Part shown: positions 1 through 14,284 of the stretch, piece after piece
How the letters are laid out: the number at the start of each line of letters is the position of its first letter
How positions within the stretch are numbered: the stretch's first letter is position 1
Assembly: GCA_964247055.1 (NCBI GenBank)
Contig: OZ176053.1
Coordinates: 1,922,001 to 1,986,000 of the forward strand
Direction: 5' to 3'
DNA length: 64,000 nt
Source: Paragordius varius
Taxonomy: Eukaryota > Animalia > Nematomorpha
The notes under the pieces: model-generated
Seen by the model: only the letters and a program-made list of their open reading frames with translations
Told to the model about the DNA's origin: nothing
The model's database searches: none
Position numbers and translations under genes: made by a program

Positions 1-1084
1 GGATGCTGGGCAGCCACTTTTATTACCAGGATTATAGATAATATATCATAATTTTATGCAATGCAATAATATTTGAACTTATCTAATTTTCTAAAATATT
101 TGGACAATTTACTCCAAAGCGATAGCTTATAATTAATTAAAATTAATTAGACTTAGGGATTTTATGTCCAAAAGTCGGGATTAATAGCCAAAATAGTACA
201 TGCATAAAATCGCAGTGTTTATATTTATCAAAATTGTCATATTTATACGATAATTTTTTATAAGGCTAATTTTATTGGGTACCTATAATATATATTCATA
301 TATATATATTATATATGATCTTTAAAATAAAAATTAAGATATTCAATCGTAATTGCCCCATATCGGATCGCAAAATTTGCCCACAGTATTCTTATTTTCT
401 TGGCTAAATAGTGCTATATTCCAAAAAACATCATTATTTACTATATTATAATAAAAAAACAAAACAATATTTTAATAAAATTTTAACTTTTAGATGTGGG
501 CTTCCAAACTCTCATTTATTTGGTTCCCTCCAAAATGGGCCAGATTTTAATTAAACACACAAAAGCCGAAATTTTACGATAATAAATACGTGGTAAACTA
601 AAATAATATTTTAATGCATTTTTGTTAAATAATTTTAACAAAATCTTTTACCTTATAATATATGGAAAATTTTGAAAACGATATAAAAGCAGTAATCATA
701 AACATAATTTTTCTATATAATTTGATGATGTATAACATTTCTATCACCACAGAATCTACAGTTGTCCGTCTAATTTAAAAATATTTTTTGTGAAAATGTG
801 CGATAAATGTTGATTTTAGGTCCAGATATTAAATTTATAAATCTTATATTATCCTGAAGCTTTTAGCCATCAAATGATACATTTATTATAACCTTATATT
901 TTTTAATGTGCATCGTGTATAGTGCGAATATTTTATACACCATATCATAAGTACTAACAATCACCAAAATTACTATAAATTTTCAATCATTATTTATTAA
1001 AAAAATTATATTTATGGCTTGTACTACAGACCAATGATACGAAGGTCTATCATTTTAAACAGTATATATATATATATATATGTG

Positions 1085-1320
1085 TGTAAGCGTACAGCGC
1101 CCACAAAAGATAACCTGTTAAAATATATACATTTAGATAGGAAAATGTATCAGGATTACACTTTTGATCTGGCCGTTACGAGTAATATAAGAAAGATATA
1201 CAGTTTTGTGCTAAGTGCCCCATATCAGAAAATTCCAAATTTGCGCACATTTTTTAAATGTTTTGGGTGAAAGCTAAATGCTTTATTACAAAAGATATCA
1301 CGAAAATATATTATCTACCT
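1085..1320 (+). repeat. Dispersed repeat with core GATAGGAAAATGTATCAGGATTA; other copies about 21560-21770, 44560-44790 (-), 58480-58720
   Basis: Recurrent core plus downstream AAATTTGCGCACATTTTTTAAA and AAAGCTAAATGCT; boundaries not resolved. Confidence 0.6.
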
Positions 1321-1994
1321 ATGATCAGCAAAACATTATTTTAATTTTATTTAAAGGTAGGGGAAAGTCCCAATTTTTTCACTCTTCTAAAATGGGCTGG
1401 TTTTTTCAAAATAAACCCAAAAATGCCGAGAGTGCGTGCCTGACAAAATTTTAAATATTTTAGATTTTAATATTAACTAAAAATATTTATAATGCATATA
1501 TTTTTCATAAATTTTATCTTTAGCAATTTGTTGAAGCGTACGCATACTATTTTGAGGCTTGATGGAAACGGTGTAAAAACGCTTTAAGATATTAAAAAAC
1601 ACTATTTCTTAATAATTCAATGATGCTGAACATTTTTATTACCTCGTTTTCAAATTTATATTTATAAATTGTCTTTTTTATAAAAATCCGCCAAAATTTG
1701 AAAGTCGAACTTGAGGCGATATGAATGTTCAGCTTAAGAGAACAGCCCATTTAAAAGAGCGAAAAATTTTCGGCTCATGGAGCCGGAATTTTTTAAAATA
1801 TTATTTTGCTTTTTACAGGTAATTGATATATTTAATGATATTTTTGGGGTTGAATCATTTAGCTTTCACCAAAAAAATGACAAATTGTACCATTTTCTGC
1901 TATTTAGAAAATACCACAAAAGTTTAAATAATTTATCTTATATCAATCGTAAGGGCCGACACGCATTATAATAATCCTGATATATTTTCCTATA

Positions 1995-1996
<2 letters not shown>

Positions 1997-2059
<63 letters not shown>

Positions 2060-2073
2060 TATATATATATATA
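1997..2073. repeat. (TA)n microsatellite (others at about 16688, 32036, 45866, 46185, 46467, 51856, 52725, 55782)
   Basis: Direct observation; several runs abut MITE-A or Helitron ends. Confidence 0.95.
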
Positions 2074-2381
2074 CCATTTACAGTTCAAATTCACCCTTGA
2101 ACAATTCAAATTCACCCTAAAAATAAATTATGTGTTTTCGAACTAATATAACTCATTATTAATAAAAAATATATCTTTATGGCATAATCAATTATTTTTT
2201 TCAGTATTATTTTAATTTAAAACAAAATTTTATTTTTTAAAAATATATTAAAATATAGGTAATTTTTAATCTTAAAAAACATGTTATTTATTTGAGGGTG
2301 AATTTGAATTGTTCGAGGGTGAATTCGAATTGTTTAAGGGTGAATTTGAATTGTTTAAGGGTGAATTTCAACTGTAAATGG
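2074..2381. mobile_element. MITE-A (TATA|CCATTTACA...TGTAAATGG|TATA) with subterminal 21-bp arrays
   Basis: TIR plus TTCAAATTCACCCTTGAACAA units (2 left, 4 right); abuts a long (TA)n run. Confidence 0.88.
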
Positions 2382-3563
2382 TATATATTTCATCATACCC
2401 TTCGATTTTAACGCAGTTTATATATAAACTACATTTCGTTAATATGGTAGTATCGGTTTTGTTACAAAAATTATTATTTTATGGCTAAAATATTCAAACG
2501 AAAACCGTAAAATTGAGAAAATAGACTTGCATTATTTTTTGGTGTTGTGCTAAGAATTATAGCAAAACAGGTGTCGATATGTTTTAAATAAAAAATACCG
2601 ATTATTTATAATGCATTCTATTGTTAATAATTTAAAAAAATGAACTTAAAAATATTTTTTTTAGAAAAATACAGTTCTTCTGCATTTTACCATAATTTAT
2701 CCATGTTATATTAATCAAAAATCATCTCAAATTAAATAATTTTTCCATTTTAACCTATTATGTACATAGATTTCGCCAACACATCATAACACATTTTTGT
2801 TCATGAGATTAATCAGATAAAAAAATGCAAAAAACAGAAAATATAAATTCTAGGGCTGAACCGCGACTACATGGAACCAAAACACGGTTAATAAGATTTT
2901 AGTGGAAACCGGTTACTTGAGTTGGAACCAGCCTCGTTGCGGTTCCATTCCCTAATTACGCCGGTCATTAAATTCTTAAAACATGCTGAGTTCCACTTAC
3001 CGTCCGACAACCAGTCCGGTTCCATCTCCAAAATAATAGTTCCCATATGGTTTTATTATTAAAAATAATATTACATGTATATGATAATATTTAATCTGGT
3101 TTTCATAATAATAAATAAGTATCATATAATTTTAATTTTGTTTTCGAATACTATTTTAGAAAAAATGAACATATGATGTAACATTTTTTTCTCGTATTCG
3201 GTTTGCACTGGAATTGGAATATTGAGAACCACCGATTTAATTACGTAAATTTTTAATCTGAAGATTCAAAGCATTTATTATTTTGACAATGAAATATACT
3301 TCTGGTATTAAAGTATAAACAATATATTGGGGTCTCATAGCTTAGGAAAAAAGAATTTACAATAAATTTATCTAGGTTTATGCCTTGGCATAATTTTTTA
3401 AAAAATTTCAAAATATTATTTCAAATAATTTTACAATCCCTAAAATTAAATAAAACCGACTATAGCATAAACCATACTATATATCAGTAAGCCAACATAC
3501 TTTCGATATCGGATAGATATATGTGCATTTTATAATTTATAAATAAATATTTGAGAACATACA

Positions 3564-6500
3564 TCATAATTGTATAACAGCATTATTATAACAATCGAAT
3601 ATTGAATCAAAAAATCTAGATTGTGGACCAAAGTCAAACATATATGGAAAATTATAAATAACATCGATTGGTGTGGCATTAAAAGTCGCAAGAAATATCC
3701 AATGGCGTACCACGAATTCCTTAAAATCGTTTAATGCTTCCAGTAAATAATACTCTGTGTAATAAGTGCAAATCATATCAATAACTTCGGAGATTGTTGT
3801 AAGGTGGTGAGAATATGTTTTACAATATATATCAGCATCTATGTTGTGAAAATTGGAACAATAAAATAGAACCAGACTTGGTATGACATATGTTCGGATC
3901 CAGCACTCCAACTCAATCAACAGAAAACGATGCGAGTATCGATAAATACTCAAAAACTTTTCAATCAAAGCTACAATGTGGGTAGGAAAATACGTTGATG
4001 CTAATATGACATAAGGAGAAGAAGGGCTCATGATTTCTTGATTATGGTACATTCGGAGATAATGTAACACATTGGCAAAATCTATCATGCTTATATCCTT
4101 AAGTATAATTTCATTAGGCTTGTGGTGTTCAGAAAAAAAGGCAGCATCCCCACACGATAAAAGGGTAGCAAAAAATTGAGATTGTTCCCTCAAAAGTAGT
4201 TTGTAAGATTCGGGGGCTTGATTCAAATCCAAATATACAATAGATTCAATTGGCAGTTTTTGCGTTACTTCTGGAAGTAAATTTTGTTGACTTTTTGTAT
4301 TACGGAGGATCCAATCCCAATTACCTTGAACGTCTTCTTGTTCGCCATTCAAAATTATTTTATGCGTCCTGTCATGTTTCAATAGGGTATGAGCAAACGC
4401 TATTAATTTTGGTATAGTTAAGTTTTTGGCACATACGTTATGCAAATTTGTATCTCCATAAGTACTATTAGGAATATTTTGATTTATATAGTGTATGGCT
4501 AACAGAATATAAGGTATATAATAACAAGAGGTGGATGAATTTTGATAATCAGGCAAACCATTCTGATCGTATTCGTTTTCATGATCAAATAAATATCCTC
4601 CTTTGAGACAATAGTATGGTTGGGATGTGATGAGAGTATGTAATCTCGTTACATAATTATAGTCATGGAGAATACGTTTAAACCCATTTCTAAATAATTA
4701 ATTTGATAATGATATATATTCATTGTATTGAAAAAAATTAATCAATATCATATAAGGTAATATGTTATCTAATTTTAACTCTCGCATATGACCAAAAATA
4801 TTTTAAAGGAAAAAATTGGTATTATGGATAGGCGTTAAAAAAAAGGAAAAAAATATGAATTGGCATACATTCCATATTTAAGAACCTAGTCAAAATTGAC
4901 TTTTAAAATTGTTTATTTTGTCTACATTCTAAATTAATCTATGGAAGGATTGTTGTCAATATAATGAATGATGAAAATTAAAGGTTAACAAACGAAAGAT
5001 GTCATAAATTTATCACGAAAAAAAATCAAGAGTTATGATTTTACACCGATAGTTAAAATTTATTATACTTTTTTGCCACTTATTCAATTGGGTTGAAATA
5101 AAATTAGAATATAGTTTTGTTAATAATTATTTTTTACATTTTTAAATCCTGGCTATAATATTTACCAATAAAATTGTTTTGTAACTTAATAAGTAGTCTT
5201 CACTATGTTAAATAAACTGAGTTAAAAAGGCACAACAACACTTACTTAGATTCTAAAAAGGGTAAAGAGAGTAGGACCAACATATCAGATTGGCTCATTC
5301 TATAATCCGTATTCATGTCACAAGTTTGTAGCACTTTTTTCACATAATCTATGGCCTGGGCATCCCTGAAACTTTGTTGCAAACACTTTAACAATTTTGT
5401 CAGGTAACCCATTAAATTTTTGGATGAACCGCCATTCTCGTTCATTTTTCTCCGCTTAATTTTGGGTGATTTATGAGAAATATTATTATTAGTATTATCA
5501 AAAAATGTAAATTTATGTTCATCACTTATGGTAGCAATCGAACTGGTGCAGCAAAGACTTTGATGAACATCATGATATACTTTAAGGGCATAGATGAGAG
5601 GTGGAATACCACACTGCATAAGTATGTGAGTGTAACGTGTATCTTTAACTAATCGTAACAATGTTTTAATCAATATTTTAGGTGGCGGTTTAATTTTGTC
5701 CTCCGACATCAAAAACGCCATGAGTGTATGGAAAAGTTCTAAGAATATGCAATTACGAAAATATATATCATGTTTCATAATCGGGAAATATACATATGAA
5801 ATCAAGTTTGGTTTTTTATATTTTCCCCATTTATAATAAAAACAGCAAATAAGATTTAACTTTAATGGCAAAAAAACGTGTATAATGGGGAAAACGTGGT
5901 AAATTAAAATTTTGAGTTCAAACAAAAATCCGTATGTTAAACGTCCCATCGATTTTACACCCCAAACAAAATTATAATTAGACGTAACTTTAAGGGGTAA
6001 AACTTCTTGGGCATGTTGTTATAAAAAAATCATAATAAAACATTGAGTTATAATTATGGTAAATATTATTTCTACAATCTATATAATTAATTATTAAGAT
6101 CATACAGAGGAGCCTCCCCCCCTTAAAATAACCTTTTTTCTGATATTTAAATAGGGCACTAGTTTAATATAAGTTATAATCGCTAGAGTTTAGAATACTT
6201 TTCCTTTAAAGGCATCATAATGAGCAAAAAACAATTTAAGAAATTCCATATATTAATATGTATATACACATATATTCTTAAAAACAACATTAACAATTTT
6301 ATTTTTTAATAAATGAAAGATCTATTAGAATCTTTAGCGTTAATTTAAAATTGGGCATATGTTATGATGAATAATTTTAATGAGACATTAATTATTAAAT
6401 ATTTACATGTATTATATACTAGTCAAAAAAATATATCCGCATCTTGACCCTATTTTAAAAATATTAAAAAAAAGTTCAATCTAATTATTATCTAATTTGA

Positions 6501-8787
6501 AAATTTAAATACTTTATAAAGAGAATGGGAATAATTGTATTAAATTAAACTCACCAATATTTTTGCCCAAATATTTTGGCGTTTCCATCATTTTCAATTG
6601 GAACAACAATATCGTTACTGCATCTTGAAGTGTAGTTGATACATCCCTTTTGAGGCAGTGTTTTGGATTATTATGGGCTTTTGTGGTATTTAAATTTGTG
6701 GTACCAGGTAAATCTGTATTATGGCTGCTTCCAATAGACAAATTTTGTAATTCTTTCATTTCGTTGGAAGATTTTAAATTAGGATGATCAGATTTAGCAG
6801 AGTTTTGTATGATTGATGATACATCAGTTGTGTTTGTGGGCATATTAGCCTCTCCTATTCCTTGACCCATAATATCCATTTTATCATTCGCATTATTGTT
6901 AAAAGACGCGGTTGACGATAACTCTTCAATGTAAAATTCTTCTTCACTGCTATAATCATTTTGACAACAGGATGATTGGGCGCTAACATTTATATAATTA
7001 GCAGTTCCACCGTATTGATTGTTGTCAAAATAGGTGTAAGTTGGACTACTTAGGAGTGAACCATAGTATGAACTACTAACCCCTGTTCCCGTTGAAGACC
7101 CAGGAGAATTGGAAAAGGGGGAAGCGTAGTATCTATTACTATAATGTGAAGGTGATGACCCAAAATAATAGTTATATTTGGGTGATTGAGAAGAAACCGA
7201 AAAACAATATTCACTATTGTGGGGTGAAGAATTTATCGTGCATGTGGGTGATATCCTACTGTCATCATTTGGACTGTCGCAAGGTCTGTTTTTACACGTG
7301 TCAACGATATTATTATCATTATTTTCCAATACTACGACGAGGGGATTCAGATAGCGGTTAGTTGAAAATGCCTCAAAAAGTGTCTCATAACCAATAAAAC
7401 TGTGCACAATACTTTGATAATCTAAAGTTTGGAGATCTACATCTTTTTTTACCTGCTTGATATAATCATTGTTTTCAATAGTTAAATCTGAATGTTGATT
7501 ACTGTTTATCTCCAATTCTATATCTTGTTGTAGTGGAGTAATTCCGTACTCTTTTGAAAATTTCCCCCTCGGTAAATCAAGGAAATGTTTCAAGACTCCA
7601 TTTAAAAAATGAAAAATACCATGGCTCATTAAAACGTGAGCCGATAGTGTATCATACAAAAAGTTTTTGAAAATGGCAACAAACGTCGTCAAAATATGAT
7701 CATCTATGGTGCAAAAATTTGTGGTTTTTAAGCCAAAATCACACCTTAAAAACCAATTAGCTAAATCAAGTAACAATATCAAACCACCAAAATCTCGTAT
7801 ACGCGCTCGATTAGACGATTCCAACGATAGATGATAAATTAAAATTAGTAAGTTTAAAGTGTTGTGCAAAGAATCATATGGAGTTAAACTTTTATTGTTA
7901 GCGCTATAATGATTTCGTAGTAATACAAATAGAACCTTGACTAAACCAACCGTACCGAAGGCATGATTGATTTCAGAAACACCTAACATTTGGATGAAGA
8001 GGTCATATAAAGTTAAGCTTTGTATCATAGTTTTTGCATCAAGATCGTTTGTTACATTGGCAAAAAGATTCACTTGTAGATTATTCAAAAATTCGGGGTT
8101 TAAAAGCGATTCAAAAGGTGTATTGGTAGTGTCGAAAAATCCTGATGTATTCAAAAGCAGTAATTTGGTTCGTTTTGCTGTTTTAGATGATTCGCTTAAA
8201 TTTTTCCCCGTAATAACCAAAAACATACGAAGCAACACGGTATTCAATTGGTCATAATAAAGTTGTTTATCGTCCAAAGTATCCAAATAAGGTACTGCAT
8301 TATACAAAGACACTACAATATAAGCGAGATCATCGTATAAATACATCTAAATTTATAATTTAAATGTACTTGCTTGATATTATGAATATTCGTAACTTTC
8401 AGCAAAAATCGGCACACGTTTTTAATCAGATTCGTGTTAGGTTGAAAGTTCCATAAAATATTTTTACATAAATGTAAAGGCTAACATAATTAATAGTAAA
8501 TTAAACTTTTAATTTCAAAACATCATCCATATATTTTTCATTTTTTATTATATTAGAAAAACAGCGAAATATATCTGCTTGAATCTCAAGAGAAAAATTA
8601 TTCGATCGCATAATATCGCCTAAATATTTAAAAAATATTTACCTAAAAAGCTTAATGTTTGGCGAACATATTTATCTTCACGATATTTTGCCAAGCAAAA
8701 TAGATTAGCTAGTTTTGCCATATATTTCCGTATTTTAATTTCATCACCATTTGTTAAGGATTGTAAAATAAAGTCAATTTTATCCAT
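3564..8787 (-). CDS. ARMC5: Armadillo repeat-containing protein 5 (ARM repeats plus C-terminal BTB); exons 8787-8643, 8619-8507, 8346-6555, 5738-5246, 4689-3564
   Basis: All junctions are GT-AG and phase-compatible. SSNRARIRDFGGLILLLDL and NFLYDTLSAHVLMSHGIFHFL match recalled ARMC5 segments (NRARLRDAGGLDLL, GFLYDTGALGRL). BTB-like LLREQSQFFATLLSCG...EIILKDIS..F.NVLHYL lies in the last exon. The two short 5' exons are less certain. Confidence 0.88.
8620..8642 (-). other. 23-nt GT-AG intron (ARMC5 intron 1)
   Basis: GTAAATATTTTTTAAATATTTAG. Read-through hits TAG; removal joins ...RQTLSFL-G-DIMRSNNFSLEIQADIFRCFSNI (ARM-like). Confidence 0.75.
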
Positions 8788-9009
8788 TTAAATACAATTC
8801 ATGTGGGGCCGAATAACATGATAATTACGCGTCTGAAAAAAATAAAAAATGTAACATATCTACACTGCACATTATAGAGGGATATAATTTTCTTAAAATA
8901 TAAAATAAAAAAGCATCAGTGCGAATAATATTTTTGGTTTTTATAATTTAAAAAGTTATGATAACTTTTGCGGTGTTCGCATTACACAGTCTCCACAAAA
9001 AAACCGTTA

Positions 9010-9220
9010 AAATATACCGTGGGGTGATAAAAAAATTTTGGATCTAAGTTTTTCAAGACAAGCAAGAAAACTTGATTCGTATCAGATAAAAACATTTATT
9101 TATTAAATGGGCGTGGGCTCACCTGAGAGGTTCAATAATATGCATAATATTTTGGGAACTATTTATGTATATAATATCAAATTGGGTGGATACAAAAGAG
9201 GATAAAATTTTAGAGAAATC
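9010..9220 (+). repeat. Dispersed degenerate repeat shared with about 58730-59090
   Basis: Collinear blocks GGGGT.ATAAAAAA, AGTTTTTCAAG, AGAAAACTTGATTCG, GGAACTATTTATGTATA, GTGGAT.CAAAA. Confidence 0.55.
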
Positions 9221-10295
9221 TGCTAACATTTAATAACAATGCAAATAAAATGCTAAATTTATCTTTTCGTAACCAGCAAAAAATTGATTCTCGAAAATAT
9301 CTAAAAATAAATAATTAAATATTACTCTGGACAAAATTTTCAAGTTTCACATAAATTAATAAACGTACGAGGTCCATAAAATCATGTAAAGAGTTTATGT
9401 CAACATAAATTTTCTTCAAATGCAATCATGATCAATTAAAAATACTAATATGTAATATTGTATAAACATCCTCCCATTATATTCGCAAATGGACCCCCAG
9501 CAAAATGAGTAGTGTGTTAAAATAATAGAGAGTGTTTTGAGAACGAATTATGTCATCAACTTAAAATTCTTAGTTACCGGTCTCAATATATAAAAAAATA
9601 ATAAGATACAGCATGAGTTTAAAAACTTCAATAAATGGATATTGTTTTGATTGTTCATCTTTTTGTGCCTTATTTTATAAATTTTGGATGAAAATGATAA
9701 AATAATTTTCGTAAAATTGGAAGTGGCAAAAAATTTAACATTCATAAGTAAAAAAGTGTTTTTTATTACCGAGTACACTTGACTTAAGGAACTTGCTCAA
9801 CTTCCTACGCTTGGCATATCAAGTGCGGCATTTTTCTCACCCCACCTATTGTTTTGTTTTTTATATATAGTTTATAGTAGATTTTATTGATATTTTTTAG
9901 TTTAGAGCATTTTGCTTTTACCAAAAAATTTATTTAAAAAAGCGCAAATTTTGCCGTCGGAGAAGAAAAGTGTAAATAACTTTTTTAAATTAACTCGCAA
10001 AGGCCAAATTACAAAATTACCATGAAAATTTTTATACATTTTTCCATCAGCATATATAAATTACACCCAGAAAAAGATGGTCAAAACGATTAACAGATGA
10101 TACTTATCTTAGAATCTCTAATCTGATCAATTTATCCTCAGACAGATCAGCATGTCCATGAAGTCCAGCAAAATGTTGAATATTAACTACGCTGTCATTC
10201 ATTCATTCTTGATTTCGGGCGCGTTTTATATTGCAATCTACAAGCGCTCATCACAAAATTGGGGGATGTAAAAAGCTTCTAATAGATCTCACTAA

Positions 10296-11375
10296 TCTAT
10301 ATATTTATAATAATGGAAAATGCTGGCTTTGTGATCTGTTTCTGGAAAACCGGTAAACCCATTCAAATCCAAATATGAAAAAAGTATAATCATTAATAAA
10401 TGCCCCGACATTCGCCCTTTTTTAAAATTAGGCCCCCAGTTCGGGCCCACCCCGTGTAAAAAACGGTGTTTTTTTTAAACACAAGTCCACAAAAATCGTG
10501 TCTTTGAGACAATTTTCCTGAGAATGTGTTGGACCATTCAATTTCAAATATGATTTTTGTTTAGTTATTTTCGATTGCGAACATAGTTGTCTCGCTTTTT
10601 TAATTAAGGCCCTCTTTTTGCCCGCTCCCCCGTAAAATGCCATTTTTTTCAAAAAACGGAGTTCACAAAAAAAATTTTTGAATCTATTTTTCGCCAAAGG
10701 TATGAGACCGTAAAAATTCAATAAGGATTCTACCTATTCCCTGTTAAAAGGCAAAAATTTTAATCAAGCGTTTCTTTGATGATAGCTGCAGGGTAGGGAG
10801 CTACCAGCTAAAAACTGATCCGTTATGTGGCTTTGTGATCTGGTACCGGAAAACCGGTAGACCCATTCAAATCCAAATATCGAAAAATTATAATCACTAA
10901 TGAAAGCCCCGACAATATCTTCGCCCTTTTTTTGAAATAGAATCCCAGTTCGGACCCCGGTGTGAAAAATGGTTTTTTTGAAAACAGAAGTCCACAAAAA
11001 TCGTGTCTTTGAGACAATTTTCCGGAGAAGGTGTTGGACCATTCAATTTCAAATATGATTTTTGTTTACTTATTTTCGATTGCGCCGAACATAGTCGTCT
11101 CGCTTTTTTAATTTAGGCCCTCTTTTTACCCGCTCCCCCGTAAAATGCCGCTATCATAAAACAAAGTCCACAAAAATAATTTTATTTTTCTCCCAAGTAA
11201 ACAATATATTAGTATGAATGCACCGTTTTGAAATTCATATGAAATCATAGGTATTAAATAATGTTTCGAAATAATTTACATATGTGGATCATTTTATTGT
11301 CCCTTTTTTTCAAATCTCCCCCCAGAATTACGAAGGACTTCCTCGGGCTGCGTAGCAGCACTAGATTTACGCTAG
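10296..11375 (+). mobile_element. Non-autonomous Helitron with an internal tandem unit of about 504 bp (about 1.7 copies)
   Basis: 5' A|TCTATATATTTATAA; 3' hairpin GCTGC-GTA-GCAGC followed by ...ACGCTAG|T; inserted between A and T with no TSD. Confidence 0.88.
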
Positions 11376-14284
11376 TAAATGTATAAAAAACTCATTTTAG
11401 GCCTGATATTAGAAACAACATTTATGTTTAATTTTTCATAGAAAATTCGCAAAATTAGCGAATATTAATTATTCATATGCTTATATTCAAAAGCAAACAA
11501 ATTTTAACAATTTTAGTTTTTAAATGTGTGCTCCAAAAGTAAAATTTCCCCCCTCTTAAATGGGCTAATTTACGCGCAAAAATGTCGTGGTCGGGAGATA
11601 AAATTAATACGTGCAACATTATGGCATCAAAGATTTAAAATGTATATTTTCTTTTTAAATTTTAATTTTGGAAATTTTTTTATAAATATACTTTATTGTA
11701 TTTTAGAAATAAAAACGGTAAAAATACACTTTAACATCATAAAAACCCTTTTAAGAATCATGATTCCGAATATGAATAACACCACGGAATAATTTAAGTT
11801 AATTATATGTATTTTTCACAAAGCATAAATTTGATATCGAACAAATTATTTGAGGTGAGTGAAATAGTTAGCTAATTTAAGTTCCTATGCCCTAAATATA
11901 ATAAATTGCGGTTTATCAAAATTCAAAAATATTTATTTTCTATTATTTTCTTTTACATGTCATTATCTAAAAATAAAATTTATATCGCCTAATCTTGGCT
12001 TATTATGCGGTAACTAACTAAATTTCGAGGTTGACACCAAATTGAAAGTTTAGGAGGGCGCCATTTTTTATGGTATACTTACCACAAAAGTGGAAATATT
12101 TGAAATGACTCGTAAGACTCAAAACCAAAAGAATTACAAGAATTTTTCTACAGGAATATATATTTGGTTAAGATATTTTTTGTGTTAAAAACCCACCGCA
12201 ATATCAGCAATGTTATGGGACATTTCATCCCGAATTAATTATAATTTATAATATTTATCTATGAAAATTTCCAGTCCATGATAATTACCTTGTTAATTAT
12301 ATGGTCGCTGTTAAAAAGCTCATATAGGGGTTCGAGATAGGGGGGCCCACTGCAAGAGTTTGTAAAAATTTATCCTCACGTCTAGTAGACGATGCAATGT
12401 GATGAGGTAGCTAAACTAAATACATTTATTACTTAAGTCCACTGTTTTTTTATTAGGTTAAATAGACTCTAAAATTAATCCGTAAAAATATGCAGTTTAG
12501 ATTCTTTTTTTCCCTTTTTTATTAAGGACTTAAATTCAGGTCTTAAGGAAGCATTAACACTCGTATGCTCAGGGCTAATTGATAATGATGATAGTGCCTA
12601 ATTTCGAACTCCTCACACGGAATGTAAGAGTTTGGCGCCCTGCGCACTTTACTAGTGGGATTCGAACCGCAGTCCATCAGTTGCCTAAAAAGTGCCTTTT
12701 TGGACCCTGAATTATATATAAATTTTTTTGATTTGTCAAATATCTGCAAATGTGTCAAACGACTATAAAAATTGCAAAATTTCGATAAAAACTTTACTAT
12801 AAAAGTTGAAAATTAAAATTTATATTTTTTTTATAAGATACGAACTTCAGCCTAATTTTTAATAAATTTCAGACTATAAAAATTATCGTTAAAGAACGAA
12901 AATAAAAATTTTTTGCTTTAAAATGATTTGGTGAGTAACACTGCACTATATACTATCAGGCTTTCTAAACCTATATAAAAATGTAATATCTAACGATTCT
13001 ATAAAAATTATTTTTTAGTATACGCAGACTTGTAAACCATAATTGAGAACATGATAGTTGAAAGTTGCAATAGGAACTAAATATATTAGCTTGTTTGAAT
13101 ATTGAGATTAGAGTTTTCTGAGATATTGATGTTAAGATAAAATAAAGTAGGATCTAAATACAGAGTCGCCGTTTTGCTTGTTATGTTTAAAAGTATGTAT
13201 CAATGTCAAAACCATTGTTTCAACTAATTAGTCTAATATTTAGATTTAAATCTTGTAAAACATTTATTTATACTATATCACAATGAAATTTTTTCTTTGC
13301 TGTTTTATTTTTATACAAGGTAATTAGTGTGTAAGATTGTTGTGCATACCTTGAAAACCACTTGAAGTAAAAAATATGTATTATTGTCAAAAACAAATCT
13401 ATACAACTTATCGGACGGACATGTAAATCAATTGTTGTTTTAAAAATAAATATTGATTGAAAGATATATATATTCCCAATTTATATTGAAACTTTGTACT
13501 ACAATAAATGATACATATATATCTATGTCAATAAATCAACAATTAATCAATCAAAGATGAAATAATTTATATTATTTATATTACAAATATTGATTTTGAA
13601 ACAAAAATGAAATTATTTTAGCAGACCTCTGTTAGACTACTTGTAATGCTGAAAAAGAAACGAATTTTTTAAATTACAAAATTATAATTTGTCTACAACT
13701 AAATGTTAGTAATATAATAAGCCCAATTAACTAATAGATTTCTTCCTTTAAAGGGTCCATAGGTTTGCTTTAATTATTTTGTGGTTATTTTTAAACAACC
13801 ATTATAAAACTATATCTCTTTTTTGCTTTAATTTATGCAAATATATATTAGTAGCATGTCATTAATTAACCACCATATTTGGGTTCAAATTTTTATATGT
13901 TTTGACTGGAATATGGACGAATTAAATTTGCCTTTTGGGTATGTCAAATTGTTTTCTATATGCGCATATAATTTGACGCTTAATTAAGGAGCATTTGAGT
14001 TCAATAACTTGGTAAATTGCCAAAATCAAAATATTTTTTTTGGTAAATTGTTAAAATTTAAGAATTTAAAAATAAAAGGCACTATTTTGCTATTAGAGAC
14101 ACAGAAACCATAATATAAACAATATATTAGTCGATATATTATACAATTTATTAATGTGGGTGCTAAAATATATATTTAGTTACAATTTCATGAAAAAAAA
14201 GATGATTATGCGAATTGTCTAAGTTTGATTGGCTAAAATTTATAATCATAAAAGCTATATAATTATAAAAAAATTGTTAAAAAG

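Noticed and set aside
2851-2954. Small inverted repeat TAGGGCTGAACCGC / GCGGTTCCATTCCCTA (hAT-like), and partial hAT-like ends near 45913 and 46670-46985
   Set aside because: No matching TSD or the second end is missing; too decayed to call as features.
10428-11042. Similar short ORFs at 10428-11042, 19864-20130 and 51820-52412
   Set aside because: They lie in Helitron copies, open frames differ between copies, and there are no Rep or helicase motifs.
12657-12670. Minus-strand GGTTCGAATCCC B-box (tRNA or SINE head)
   Set aside because: No A-box at proper spacing, no cloverleaf and no second copy in the window.
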